Shown: piece after piece, positions 18,144 through 28,290 of the stretch
How positions within the stretch are numbered: the first letter of the stretch is position 1
How the letters are laid out: every line of letters starts with the position of its first letter
NCBI GenBank assembly: GCA_030429665.1
Contig: JAUIEZ010000005.1
Coordinates: 8,534 to 72,533, forward strand
Origin: Gammaproteobacteria bacterium
GTDB taxonomy: Bacteria > Pseudomonadota > Gammaproteobacteria > Arenicellales > CAJQKF01
Reading direction: 5' to 3'
Length of the DNA stretch: 64,000 bases
Made by a program: the position numbers and the translations under genes
Notes under the pieces: generated by a model
What the model saw: only the letters and a program-made list of their open reading frames with translations
Databases searched by the model: none
Told to the model about the DNA's origin: nothing

Positions 18144-19685
18144 ATTAACGGTCACGCAACCACGACGCCGCTGCTGGCATTGTCCGGCATCACTAAGTCG
18201 TTTCCTGGCACCCTGGCCAACGATCACGTCGATTTCGACGTCGCGCCCGGCGAGATTCATGCGCTCCTCGGCGAGAACGGCGCCGGCAAGAGCACGCTGG
18301 TCAAGATCATCTACGGCATCCTCAAGGCCGACGCCGGCCAGATCGCCTGGAAGGGCGAGCCGGTCGTCATCGACAGCCCGAATACCGCGCGGCGGTTCGG
18401 CATTGCCATGGTGTTTCAGCACTTCTCGCTGTTCGATGCACTGACGGTCGTGGAGAACATCGCGCTCGGCATGGACGAGCCCGGCGACATGGCCGCGCTC
18501 GAGGCGCGCATCGAGCAGGTGTCGCACAGCTACGGCCTGCCCCTGCACCCGCGCCGCCACGTTCACTCCCTGTCGGTCGGCGAACGGCAGCGCATCGAGA
18601 TCGTTCGCTGCCTGTTGCAGGAGCCGTCTCTGCTGGTGATGGACGAGCCCACCTCGGTGCTCACGCCGCAGGAGGTCGAAAAGCTGTTCGAGACCCTGCG
18701 CCGGCTGTCCGACGAGGGCATGTCCATCCTCTACATCAGCCACAAGCTCGACGAGATCCGCGCCCTGTGCCACCGCGCGACGATCCTGCGGCTGGGGCGG
18801 CGCGTGGCCGATGCCGTTCCTTCCGAAGAGACGTCGCGCAGTCTCGCGGCCATGATGATGGGCGAGGAACTGCAGGGCGAGGCGCGACCGCCGACAGCGA
18901 CCGTCGGCGAGGTGCGCCTGCGGGTTTCGCATCTCAGCCTGCCCGCGGCGGACGAGTTCGGCGTCGACCTGAAGGACGTCAGCTTCGAAGTGCGCGGCGG
19001 CGAGATTCTCGGCATCGCCGGCGTCGCCGGCAACGGTCAGAACGAGTTGACCGACGCGCTGTCCGGCGAACGACCCAGCGTGTCGCCCGGCACCATCGTC
19101 ATCGACGAAACGGAGTGCGGCCTGAAAGGACCCGACGCGCGGCGCGCGCTGGGCCTTTGCTGCGTTCCCGAACAGCGCCTGGGCCACGGCGCGGTACCCG
19201 ACATGTCGCTGGCCGAGAACAGCTACCTCACTGCTCACCACCGCATGGGGCTGACGCGCCACGGCATCATGCGAAGCGATGCCCGCGACACCTTCGCCGA
19301 TCGCGTCATCGATTCCTTCCGTGTGAAGTGCAACGGCCACCAGTCGCAGGCGTCCAGCCTCTCGGGAGGCAACTTGCAGAAGTTCATCGTCGGTCGAGAG
19401 ATCTCGCAGGATCCCGGTGTGGTGGTGGTCTCGCAGCCTACCTGGGGAGTGGACGCCGGATCCGCCGCGGCCATCCAGTCCGAACTGATCAAGCTCGCCG
19501 AGGCCGGCAGCGCGGTACTGGTCATCTCCCAGGATCTCGACGAGCTGATGCAGATATCGAACCGCATCGCGGCGATCTGCGCCGGCGCGCTGTCGGAGGT
19601 TATCGGCATCGAACAAGCGACCGTCGAGGGCATGGGCCTGATGATGGGCGGCGCCAGCCTGGAGGATACCCATGCTGAGGCTTGA
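18144..19685 (+). CDS. Purine/nucleoside ABC transporter ATP-binding protein (CUT2-type, two ABC domains)
   Basis: GENGAGKST, LSVGERQR, MDEPT, ISHKLDE, LSGGNLQK, SQPTWGVDAG. Start uncertain: ATT 18144 behind GAGGAGGAG, or GTG 18075. Confidence 0.92.
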   Translation: MNGHATTTPLLALSGITKSFPGTLANDHVDFDVAPGEIHALLGENGAGKSTLVKIIYGILKADAGQIAWKGEPVVIDSPNTARRFGIAMVFQHFSLFDALTVVENIALGMDEPGDMAALEARIEQVSHSYGLPLHPRRHVHSLSVGERQRIEIVRCLLQEPSLLVMDEPTSVLTPQEVEKLFETLRRLSDEGMSILYISHKLDEIRALCHRATILRLGRRVADAVPSEETSRSLAAMMMGEELQGEARPPTATVGEVRLRVSHLSLPAADEFGVDLKDVSFEVRGGEILGIAGVAGNGQNELTDALSGERPSVSPGTIVIDETECGLKGPDARRALGLCCVPEQRLGHGAVPDMSLAENSYLTAHHRMGLTRHGIMRSDARDTFADRVIDSFRVKCNGHQSQASSLSGGNLQKFIVGREISQDPGVVVVSQPTWGVDAGSAAAIQSELIKLAEAGSAVLVISQDLDELMQISNRIAAICAGALSEVIGIEQATVEGMGLMMGGASLEDTHAEA

Positions 19686-20739
19686 GCGGCGGCCGCAGAA
19701 TTCCAGGACCATGATGTACCTCTCGCCGGTGTTCGCGCTCGCGCTGACGCTGGCCGCCGGCGTCGTGTTGTTCTCGATCATGCGCGTCGACCCGGCCGAA
19801 GCCCTTTACGCCTTCTTCATCGAGCCGCTCACGACGACCTACGGCATCACGGAACTCGGGGTGAAGGCCACGCCGCTGATCCTCATCGGCGTGGCGCTCG
19901 CCATCGGCTTTCGCGCCAGCGTGTGGAATATCGGCGCAGAGGGACAGCTGACGCTGGGCGCCATCGCCGGCGGCGGCGTGGGCCTGGCGCTGTATGAAGT
20001 CGAGGGGTTCTGGGTGCTGCCGCTGATGCTCGCCGCCGCCATTGCCGGCGGCATGGCGTGGGCGGCGATTCCCGCGTTCCTTCGAACACGCTTCAACGCG
20101 AACGAGATCCTGGTCAGCCTGATGCTGACCTACGTCGCCACGCTGCTCCTGAGCTACCTCGTACACGGGCCGTGGCGCGACCCCGGCGGATTCAATTTCC
20201 CCGAATCGCGGGTCTTTCACGACGCCGCCACGCTGCCCATCATCGTCGACGGCTCGAGGCTGCACCTTGGCTTCGCCCTTGCCCTGTTCGTGGTCGTGGC
20301 CACTTGGGTGATGATCTCGCGGACCCTGATCGGCTTCCAGGTGCGCGTCATCGGCAGCGCGCCGCGCGCCGGCCAGTACGCCGGCTTCAGCCAGAACGCC
20401 ATCATCTGGCTGACGCTACTGTTCGGTGGCGCCTGCGCGGGGCTGGCGGGCGTGGTGGAGGTGGCAGGCCCGATCGGCCAGTTGCTGCCGTCGATCTCGC
20501 CGGGCTACGGTTTTACCGCCATCATCGTCGCCTTCGTCGGCCGACTGCACCCGCTGGGCGTCCTGTTGGCAGGCCTGTTGATGGCGCTTTCGTATCTCGG
20601 CGGCGAAAACGCCCAGATCAGTCTCAACCTGCCGCTGGCGGTGACCGGCGTCTTCCAGGGCCTGCTGCTGTTCATGTTGCTCGCCTGCGACGTACTCATC
20701 CGCTACCGCATCCGTCTTCGCACCAGGAGCGCGACATGA
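19672..20739 (+). CDS. Purine/nucleoside ABC transporter permease
   Basis: WNIGAEGQ, ANEILVSLML, GYGFTAIIVAFVGRLHP. Confidence 0.93.
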   Translation: MLRLERRPQNSRTMMYLSPVFALALTLAAGVVLFSIMRVDPAEALYAFFIEPLTTTYGITELGVKATPLILIGVALAIGFRASVWNIGAEGQLTLGAIAGGGVGLALYEVEGFWVLPLMLAAAIAGGMAWAAIPAFLRTRFNANEILVSLMLTYVATLLLSYLVHGPWRDPGGFNFPESRVFHDAATLPIIVDGSRLHLGFALALFVVVATWVMISRTLIGFQVRVIGSAPRAGQYAGFSQNAIIWLTLLFGGACAGLAGVVEVAGPIGQLLPSISPGYGFTAIIVAFVGRLHPLGVLLAGLLMALSYLGGENAQISLNLPLAVTGVFQGLLLFMLLACDVLIRYRIRLRTRSAT

Positions 20740-21662
20740 GCCTGGAAATACTCGTAGCCACCATTCTCACGATCATCACCGCGGCCACGCCCCTGGTGTT
20801 CGCCGCGACGGGAGAGTTGATCACGGAGAAAGCCGGCGTGCTCAATCTCGGCGTGGAAGGCATGATGCTGACCGGCGCCGTGACCGGCTTCGCAACGGTG
20901 TTCTTCATCGACAATGCCGTCCTCGCCTGCCTCGCCGCGATGGCCGCCGGCATGCTCACGGCGCTGATCTTCGCCTTCCTCGTACTGGGACTGCAGGCCA
21001 GCCAGGTGGCGACGGGGCTGGCGCTGACCATCTTCGGCATCGGCTTGTCGGCACTGCTGGGTCAGAACATGGTGGGCATCGCCTATGCCGGGCTGCCCAA
21101 GCTCTACATTCCATTCGTTTCGGACCTGCCGGTGCTGGGACCGCTGCTGTTCAATCACGACGCGCTCGTCTACCTGTCGCTGGCGCTGCCGCTGGCGGTC
21201 GCCTGGTTTCTCTACCGCACCCGCGCCGGACTGATCCTGCGCGCCGTGGGAGACTCCCACGACGCCGCTCATGCCATCGGCTACCCGGTGATCGCCATCC
21301 GCTACATGGCCACGCTGTTCGGCGGCGCCATGGCGGGATTGGCGGGCGCCTACCTGTCATTGTCCTACTCCCCCATGTGGGTGGAGAACATGAGCGCCGG
21401 CCGCGGCTGGATCGCGCTGGCGCTGGTGGTGTTCGGCACCTGGCGACCCTGGCGCGTATTCCTTGGTGCCTACCTTTTCGGCGGCATCACCATACTTCAA
21501 CTCCACGCCCAGGCGTTCGGCATCGCGGTGGCCTCGCAGTTCATGTCGATGCTGCCGTACATCGCCACCATCGTGGTGCTGGTACTGATTTCCCGGGACC
21601 CGACACGCATCCGGCTCAATGCGCCGGCCTGCATAGGCAAGCCGTTCCACCCGGCCGCGTGA
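20736..21662 (+). CDS. Purine/nucleoside ABC transporter permease
   Basis: ATGA overlap at 20736; TGELITEKAGVLNLGVEGMM, AGRGWIALALVVF, MLPY. Confidence 0.93.
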   Translation: MSLEILVATILTIITAATPLVFAATGELITEKAGVLNLGVEGMMLTGAVTGFATVFFIDNAVLACLAAMAAGMLTALIFAFLVLGLQASQVATGLALTIFGIGLSALLGQNMVGIAYAGLPKLYIPFVSDLPVLGPLLFNHDALVYLSLALPLAVAWFLYRTRAGLILRAVGDSHDAAHAIGYPVIAIRYMATLFGGAMAGLAGAYLSLSYSPMWVENMSAGRGWIALALVVFGTWRPWRVFLGAYLFGGITILQLHAQAFGIAVASQFMSMLPYIATIVVLVLISRDPTRIRLNAPACIGKPFHPAA

Positions 21663-21764
21663 TACACTGATTTCAAAAAACAGGGCATCGTATTCACTAC
21701 CATGGGTCGATCCAACGGTGGCGCGTTTCGCGCCGTAATCCAGGCAATTCCAAAGGAGTCTCTC

Positions 21765-22847
21765 ATGCACAAGCGAGCATTCATCAAGGTACTCTCCGGG
21801 ACGCTGGCGGCCGCGGTTCTCGCCACCGGCCCGGTGAGCGCCCAGGACCCCACCAAGGTGGCTTTCGTCTACGTCGGCCCGGTGGGCGACCATGGCTGGA
21901 CCTACCGTCACGACGTCGGCCGCAAGGCCGTAGAGGCGGAATTCGGCGACAAGGTGGAAACCACCTACGTCGAAAGCGTGGCCGAGGGCGCCGACGCCGA
22001 ACGCGTGATCCGCAACCTGGCGTCGAAGGGCAACGATCTCGTCTTCACCACCTCGTTCGGCTACATGAATCCGACCGCCAAGGTGGCCAAGCAGTTTCCC
22101 GACGTGAAGTTCGAGCACGCCACCGGCTACAAGCAGGCCGCGAACCTCGCGACCTACTCGGCACGCTTTTACGAGGGCCGCGCGGTGATCGGCACCATCG
22201 CCGGGCACATGACGAAGTCGGGCATCATCGGCTACATCGGCTCCTTTCCGATCCCCGAGGTGGTGCGCGGCATCAACGCCTTCACCATCGCCATGCGCAA
22301 GGTCAGGCCCGATGCCCAGGTGAAGGTCGTGTGGGTGAACAGCTGGTACGACCCGGGCAAGGAAGGCGACGCCGCCAAGGCGCTCATCGACCAGGGCGCC
22401 GACATCATTGCCCAGCACACCGACTCCCCGGCGCCGCTACAGGTGGCCGAGCAGCGCGGCGTCTACGCCTTCGGACAGGCATCGGACATGCGCGCCTTCG
22501 CGCCCAAGGCCCAGCTCACGGCGATCGTGGACGAATGGAACTACTACTACGTCGACCGCACGCGCGCGGTGATGGAGGGGACCTGGCAGTCCCAGGACGT
22601 ATGGCTTGGCCTGAAGGAGGGCATGGTGGAAATCGCCCCCTACGGCGACGCCGTGCCCGAGGACGTGCGTGCCGCCGCCGACAGCGTCAAGCAGGCGATC
22701 ATCGACGGCAGCCTGCACCCGTTCCAGGGGCCCATCGCCAACCAGGCCGGTGAAGTGGTGGTGGCCGAGGGCGAGACCGTCAGCGACAAGGACCTGCTCG
22801 GCATGAACTGGTACGTCGAGGGCGTGCAGGGAGAGCTACCCAAGTAG
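21765..22847 (+). CDS. BMP-family ABC substrate-binding protein (purine-binding)
   Basis: RBS AAGGAG, signal peptide, FVYVGPVGDHGW, TTSFGYM, FEHATGY, SWYDPGKE, QHTDS. Confidence 0.93.
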   Translation: MHKRAFIKVLSGTLAAAVLATGPVSAQDPTKVAFVYVGPVGDHGWTYRHDVGRKAVEAEFGDKVETTYVESVAEGADAERVIRNLASKGNDLVFTTSFGYMNPTAKVAKQFPDVKFEHATGYKQAANLATYSARFYEGRAVIGTIAGHMTKSGIIGYIGSFPIPEVVRGINAFTIAMRKVRPDAQVKVVWVNSWYDPGKEGDAAKALIDQGADIIAQHTDSPAPLQVAEQRGVYAFGQASDMRAFAPKAQLTAIVDEWNYYYVDRTRAVMEGTWQSQDVWLGLKEGMVEIAPYGDAVPEDVRAAADSVKQAIIDGSLHPFQGPIANQAGEVVVAEGETVSDKDLLGMNWYVEGVQGELPK

Positions 22848-22874
22848 TCGAACCTTTCCTGTCGACGCTAACCG

Positions 22875-22911
22875 GCGCCCGCGTGGAGTAATTCGCGCGG
22901 GCGCTTTGTTT
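22875..22911 (+). terminator. Putative intrinsic terminator/stabilising hairpin after the BMP gene
   Basis: GCGCCCGCG...CGCGGGCGC followed by TTTGTTT. Confidence 0.6.
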
Positions 22912-22927
22912 CACAAGGACCCGCGAT

Positions 22928-24277
22928 TTGTCGAAACGCACCTGGATTCAATCGCCGCTGGCGGTGCTGACACCGGACGGTTCAGCGTGCTCGGGCGTGG
23001 TGATCAGCGGCGGCGTCATCGAGTCGGTCCTGGGTCCCGGGCAGACACCACCCGGTGAGTTGGACGAAAAGGTCGACGCGCGCGACCTCGTCGTACTGCC
23101 CGGCCTCGTCAACACCCACCACCACTACTACCAGACCCTCACCCGCGCGCTGCCCGCGGCGCTGGACAAGGAACTGTTCTCCTGGCTGAAGAGCCTCTAC
23201 CCGGTGTGGGCGCGGCTCACCCCGGAGATGATTCACGCCTCGACGCGACTGGCCTGTGCCGAGCTGCTGCTTTCCGGATGCACGACCAGCGCCGACCATC
23301 ACTATCTGTATCCGCGCGGCGTACCCGATGCGTTCGATATTCAGGCCGACGCCTGCGCGTCGACGGGCATGCGTCACGTGCTCACGCGCGGCTCCATGAG
23401 CCTGTCCGAGGACGATGGCGGCCTGCCGCCGCGGAGCACGGTACAGGACGAGGACACGATCCTTGCCGACTGCGAACGCGTCATCGCCCGATATCACGAC
23501 AAGGAACACGGATCGAAGATACAGGTGGCGTTGGCGCCTTGCTCTCCGTTCAGCGTTTCACCGCAATTGATGCGCGAAAGCGCGGCGCTGGCGCGACACC
23601 ATGGCGTTCGGCTGCACACTCACCTGGCCGAAACGCGCGACGAAACCGACTACTGCCTGCGCGTCACCGGCCTTCGACCGCTCGACCTGCTCGAGTCGGT
23701 GGACTGGCTGACGGGCGACACGTGGCTCGCTCACGGCATTCACTTCGACGACGACGAGATCGCGCGCCTGGGCGCGGCCGGCACCGGCATCAGCCACTGC
23801 CCGTCGTCCAACATGATCCTCGCCTCTGGCATGTGCCGCACCCGGGAGCTGGAGGCGGCCGGCGCGCCGGTAGGGCTCGCGGTGGACGGCTCGGCCTCGA
23901 ACGACGGTTCCAACATGATCGCCGAGTGCCGCCAGGCCCTGTTGTTGCAGCGACTGCAATACGGCGCCGCGCGGATCTCCCATCGCGATGCGCTGCGTTG
24001 GGCGACGCGCGGTTCCGCGCGCTGCCTGGGGCGCGATGACATCGGCGAGATCGCGCCGGGACGCTGCGCGGACCTGGCCCTGTTCGCCCTCGACGAGGTG
24101 CGCTTCTCGGGCGCCGCGGATCCCCTGGCATCCCTGTTGCTGTGCGGCGCGCAACGTGCCCGCCACGTGATGGTGGCCGGCGAGTGGATGGTGCGTGACG
24201 GCGAACTCGTCTCCGTGGATATCACGGACCTGCAGCATCGGCATCGAGCGCTGGCCTCGGAACTGGTGTCCGCGTGA
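22928..24277 (+). CDS. 8-oxoguanine deaminase (amidohydrolase family)
   Basis: PGLVNTHHHYYQTLTRA, LFSWLKSLYPVWA, ALAPCSPFSVS, HTHLAET, AVDGSASND; purine gene context. Confidence 0.88.
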   Translation: MSKRTWIQSPLAVLTPDGSACSGVVISGGVIESVLGPGQTPPGELDEKVDARDLVVLPGLVNTHHHYYQTLTRALPAALDKELFSWLKSLYPVWARLTPEMIHASTRLACAELLLSGCTTSADHHYLYPRGVPDAFDIQADACASTGMRHVLTRGSMSLSEDDGGLPPRSTVQDEDTILADCERVIARYHDKEHGSKIQVALAPCSPFSVSPQLMRESAALARHHGVRLHTHLAETRDETDYCLRVTGLRPLDLLESVDWLTGDTWLAHGIHFDDDEIARLGAAGTGISHCPSSNMILASGMCRTRELEAAGAPVGLAVDGSASNDGSNMIAECRQALLLQRLQYGAARISHRDALRWATRGSARCLGRDDIGEIAPGRCADLALFALDEVRFSGAADPLASLLLCGAQRARHVMVAGEWMVRDGELVSVDITDLQHRHRALASELVSA

Positions 24278-24906
24278 TGAGCCGGGGTTCGTCGGTAGGA
24301 CGCATAAGGGCGCGTAACCAGCGCCGCATCCTCGAGGCCGCGGAGAAGGAGTTCGACCGGCACGGATTCGGCGGAGCGCGCATGCAACGCATCGCCGATC
24401 GCGCCGGCCTGCCCAAGGCGAACATCCACTACTACTTTCGCAACAAGCTGGCGCTGTATCGAGCCGTGCTCGACGGCGTCGTGGCAATGTGGAACGAAGC
24501 ATTCGACCGCATTTCCGCCGACGACGATCCGGCCGAGGCGCTGGCCGCCTACATCCGCGCCAAGATGGACTATTCGCGTACCCGCCCGGCGGCGGCGCGC
24601 ATCTTCACCGGCGAGATCATGCGCGGCGCGCCGCACCTGAAGGATTACTTGCGTGGGGACCTCAGGAACTGGTTCGGCGAACGCACCGAGGTAATCCAGC
24701 ACTGGGTCGACAGCGGCCGCATGGACGCGGTGGACCCGCATCACCTGGTGTTCCTGATCTGGAGCGCCACGCAGCACTACGCCGACTACGACGCCCAGAT
24801 CAGCGCGCTGTACGGCAAGGCGAAGCTGACCCGCGCCGACTACGACGCGGCGGCCGATTCACTGGTGAAGATCATACTCAAGGGATGCGGGCTGGAACCG
24901 AAGTAG
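24274..24906 (+). CDS. rutR: RutR-like TetR-family regulator
   Basis: IRARNQRRILEAAE, LPKANIHYYF, YIRAKM, IWSATQHYADY (RutR C-terminal motif); matching operators at 17224 and 17975. Confidence 0.88.
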   Translation: MMSRGSSVGRIRARNQRRILEAAEKEFDRHGFGGARMQRIADRAGLPKANIHYYFRNKLALYRAVLDGVVAMWNEAFDRISADDDPAEALAAYIRAKMDYSRTRPAAARIFTGEIMRGAPHLKDYLRGDLRNWFGERTEVIQHWVDSGRMDAVDPHHLVFLIWSATQHYADYDAQISALYGKAKLTRADYDAAADSLVKIILKGCGLEPK

Positions 24907-25044
24907 CCCCGGCCCGTGCGCGACACCGGTATGCTATAAACTCGTGCCATAACGACATCATCCGGGCGGGGAGATGGCTTATACCGCCTTCGCCCCGCGC
25001 GCGACCGATACATCCGACGTATCCGGAAACACCGACCAGATCCG

Positions 25045-26571
25045 ATGACCGCGCGAAAACGAACGAGCCATTCGGCAACCATCGCCTGGTACGCCGCCGT
25101 CATCTTCCTGAGTTCGGCGTGCCTGCTGATCCTAGAGATCGTCGCCAGCCGACTGCTGGCGCCCTACGTCGGCGTATCGCTCTACACCTGGACCGCGATC
25201 ATCGGTGTAATCCTGGCCGGCTTGTCGCTGGGAAACTGGTTGGGCGGCGCGTGGGCCGACCGGGGCGCCGGACCGATCGCGGCGGGATGGACGCTGGTGG
25301 CGTCGGGCGCGGTGACGTTGCTCGTACCGCTCGTGCTGACGGCGATCGCCGACTACGTGCAGGCCCGGCAGGTGTCGCTGGTAGGCGCGAGCCTGGTCTA
25401 CGTCAGCGCGCTGTTCCTGTTGCCGGCGCTGGTGCTGGGGGTCATCACGCCGCTCCTGACGACGCTCTCACTGACCATGAGTTCGCGGCCGGGCCACGTG
25501 GTCGGTACGATGCACGCGCTCGCGGCGCTGGGAAGCATCTGCGGCACGTTCGCGGCCGGTTTCTACCTCGTACCGTGGTTCGGCACCCGCAATATCGTCG
25601 TCGCCACCGGTGTCGCGCTGATCGCCATGGGCGTCGTGTTCCTGCTTCGGCGCCCGCGCGCCGCCTTCTCGGCCGTGGTGGCGGCGGGCGCGCTCGCCGC
25701 CATGCTCGCCGCGGGCAACGCGCTGCGCAATCCCTGCGACACCGAGAGCCTTTATTACTGCATCCGCGTGGTGGACGAGCCCACGCCCTACGGCGAGGTG
25801 CGCACCCTGGTGCTCGACCACATGGTGCACAGTCACAATCATGCGGGGGATCCCGAGTTGCTGGTCGCCACCTACGCGCATCTCATGGACGAGATGATGC
25901 GCCTGCGACTGCCCGCCCTCGACGTACCGCGCGTGTTTTTCGCCGGCGGCGGCGCCTACACACAGCCGCGCGCACTGGCGGCCCGCCGCCCGGCCGTGCA
26001 TATCGAGGTCGCCGAGATCGACCCGGCAGTCACCGAGACCGCGCGCGAACGACTGTTCGTCGACACCGCGTCGATGATCGTGCATGACGTGGACGCCCGC
26101 ATCCAGCTACCGCTGGCGCTGCCGCATTTCTACGATGCGATCGTTACCGACGTCTTTCACGACGTTGCGGTGCCCTACCACCTGACCACGGCCGAGTATG
26201 CCGATATCGTCAAGTCGCGCCTCGTGCCGGGTGGACTCTACCTCGTGAACCTGGTCGACGTGTTTCCCGACTCCAAACTGGTCAAGGCCATCGTCAAGAC
26301 GCTCGAGGAACAATTCGAGCACGTCCAGGTATGGCTCGAGGCGCCGCCCGACCGTCCCGGCCGCATCACCTACGTGGTTTCGGCAACCGACGGCGCACCG
26401 TTTCCGCCCCGCATCAGCGCACGGTACGGGCTGGCGCGAAACTGGTACGACTTCGCCGAACCGGTCAAGGACGTGGGCACGCCAATGAGCGAGATCCCGG
26501 TTCTCAGCGACGACTACGCGCCGGTCGAACGCCTGGTCTCGACATTGTTCTGGAGCCAGATGGGACTGTAA
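25045..26571 (+). CDS. Fused membrane (MFS-like)/spermidine-synthase-like SAM-fold protein
   Basis: LEIVASRLLAPYVGVSLYTW TM domain, GGGAYT, EIDPAV, DAR, VPYHLTTAEY, VLSDDYAPVE. Confidence 0.85.
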   Translation: MTARKRTSHSATIAWYAAVIFLSSACLLILEIVASRLLAPYVGVSLYTWTAIIGVILAGLSLGNWLGGAWADRGAGPIAAGWTLVASGAVTLLVPLVLTAIADYVQARQVSLVGASLVYVSALFLLPALVLGVITPLLTTLSLTMSSRPGHVVGTMHALAALGSICGTFAAGFYLVPWFGTRNIVVATGVALIAMGVVFLLRRPRAAFSAVVAAGALAAMLAAGNALRNPCDTESLYYCIRVVDEPTPYGEVRTLVLDHMVHSHNHAGDPELLVATYAHLMDEMMRLRLPALDVPRVFFAGGGAYTQPRALAARRPAVHIEVAEIDPAVTETARERLFVDTASMIVHDVDARIQLPLALPHFYDAIVTDVFHDVAVPYHLTTAEYADIVKSRLVPGGLYLVNLVDVFPDSKLVKAIVKTLEEQFEHVQVWLEAPPDRPGRITYVVSATDGAPFPPRISARYGLARNWYDFAEPVKDVGTPMSEIPVLSDDYAPVERLVSTLFWSQMGL

Positions 26572-26593
26572 TCCCGCGCGCGACGCGCGGGAT
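26571..26593. terminator. GC hairpin between convergent genes
   Basis: Perfect 10-bp stem ATCCCGCGCG-cga-CGCGCGGGAT. Confidence 0.5.
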
Positions 26594-26601
26594 GCCGGCC
26601 T

Positions 26602-27573
26602 TTAACCACCGAGGTCCACGCGGTTTTCCAGCGCGCCCGATTCGAAAAAGCGCTTCACGTTGGCGAACAATGACGCCATCTTGTTGTCGAGCGCTTCTCG
26701 GGTACCGGCAGAGATATGCGGCGTCATCACGACGTTGGGCAATGTGCAAAGCGGATTGTCCGCCGCCACCGGCTCCTGTTCGAAAACGTCGAGTCCGGCG
26801 GCGGCCAGGCGGCCGCTGGACAGCGCGTCAAACAACGCGGTGTTGTCGACGACTTGCCCGCGCGCGGTGTTCACGAGGATCGCGGTGGGTTTCATCGCGG
26901 CGAGGGCGGCCGCATCGATCAGCCCGCTCGTCTGCGACGTCCCCGGAACGTGAATCGTGAGCACGTCCGACTGCGCCAGCAGTTCCCGGAAGCTCACCGG
27001 CCGAATGCCGAGCCGCGTACGGGCGTCCGCGTCCAGGGTATCGGCCGGGTCGTAGTAGATGCCGTGCGTGTCGAAGGCCTTCAACCGCGCCGCCGTGGCC
27101 TGGCCGATACGGCCCATGCCGAGATAGCCGACGGTCTTGCCGTTGAGTTCGTATGAAAACGGCCGCAGGGAGTTGATGTGCCACCGCCCCTGGCGCAGTT
27201 CGGCATCGGCGAAGGCAAGCCGCCGGCTGGCGGCAAGGATCAGCATCACGGTGTGTTCGGCAACGCTCAGCGTAGTGCCCGCCGGTGTCAGTGCCAGCGC
27301 GATGCCTCGCGCCGCCAGCGCCTCGACGTCAACGGTGTCGTGGTAACCGACGCCCTGGTGATGGACCAGTCGCAAGCGCTCGCCGGCCGCGATCACCGGT
27401 GCGCGCAACGGCGTGGCGGCGACAATCGCGGCCTCGCAGGGGGCAATCCGCTCGCACCGCTGCGCCTCGTCGTCGGCGTCCAGGGTGACCAGTTCGAAGC
27501 CGTCGGGCACCCATGCCCGGATCAGGTCGTACGTCGCCTCCGACGCCATGCTGTTGTAAAAGATTCGCCGCAT
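26602..27573 (-). CDS. D-isomer-specific 2-hydroxyacid dehydrogenase
   Basis: GVGYHDTVD, SVAEH, GMGRIG, VNTARG, AGLDVFEQEP, TPHISA; start ATG 27573. Confidence 0.92.
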   Translation of the reverse strand: MRRIFYNSMASEATYDLIRAWVPDGFELVTLDADDEAQRCERIAPCEAAIVAATPLRAPVIAAGERLRLVHHQGVGYHDTVDVEALAARGIALALTPAGTTLSVAEHTVMLILAASRRLAFADAELRQGRWHINSLRPFSYELNGKTVGYLGMGRIGQATAARLKAFDTHGIYYDPADTLDADARTRLGIRPVSFRELLAQSDVLTIHVPGTSQTSGLIDAAALAAMKPTAILVNTARGQVVDNTALFDALSSGRLAAAGLDVFEQEPVAADNPLCTLPNVVMTPHISAGTREALDNKMASLFANVKRFFESGALENRVDLGG

Positions 27574-28259
27574 CACTGATCCACCCACTCGATATCCGGA
27601 CGTTTCAGCACATCGTCGAGCCACGCCGGCGATGTGACGCCGGACCGCCAGGATGCCTCCATCGCGCTTTCCTTGTCGCGCACGGCGCCCAAGCGATCGG
27701 CCGTCTCGCGCGCCTCGGCCAGGGGAATGCACGCGACGCCGTCGACATCGCCGACCAGGATGTCGCCCGAACTCACGTTCGCACCGCCCACCACGGCCGC
27801 AAGACCGGCGCTGCCGGGACCATTCTTCCACGGCGAGTTGGGCGACAGGCCGCGCGCGAACACCGGAATGCCGACCTCGTTCAACCCGTCGACGTCACGA
27901 ACCACGCCGTCGGTAACGATCGCGGCGACGCCGGCGTTCTTCGCCATGGCGGCAAAGTTGTCGCCTATGACGGAGCAGCCGGTGTGGCCACCCGTGGCGA
28001 TGACGATCACGTCGCCACGTCGAACGAGCTTCAGCGACGCCCAGGCGGCAAGATTGTCCGCCGCGCCGGCGTCCACGACCACGGCGACCCCGGTGAACGC
28101 CGCACATCGCGTCACGGGACGAATATCGAAGGCAAGCGCGCCGATCCTTCCCCGTGCATCGCAGGCGACACCCGTCGGTACGCCTTCGAAGGCGTCGCGC
28201 AGGTCGTCGTCGGGCCGCGGAAAACCGGTTCGCAAGACCAGTACGGACTCATTGGACAT
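27573..28259 (-). CDS. RraA/HMG-aldolase family protein
   Basis: ACDA, ADNLA, GDVIVI, VTDGVVRDVD, GDILVGDVDGV. Confidence 0.9.
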   Translation of the reverse strand: MSNESVLVLRTGFPRPDDDLRDAFEGVPTGVACDARGRIGALAFDIRPVTRCAAFTGVAVVVDAGAADNLAAWASLKLVRRGDVIVIATGGHTGCSVIGDNFAAMAKNAGVAAIVTDGVVRDVDGLNEVGIPVFARGLSPNSPWKNGPGSAGLAAVVGGANVSSGDILVGDVDGVACIPLAEARETADRLGAVRDKESAMEASWRSGVTSPAWLDDVLKRPDIEWVDQ

Positions 28260-28290
28260 GTAGGTTTCCTCGAATTTGCATGACGTTCGA

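Noticed and set aside
24968-25000. GGAGATGG resembling the 5' end of a fluoride (crcB) riboswitch
   Set aside because: The pairing partner and the GCTRATGAC-type 3' element are absent.
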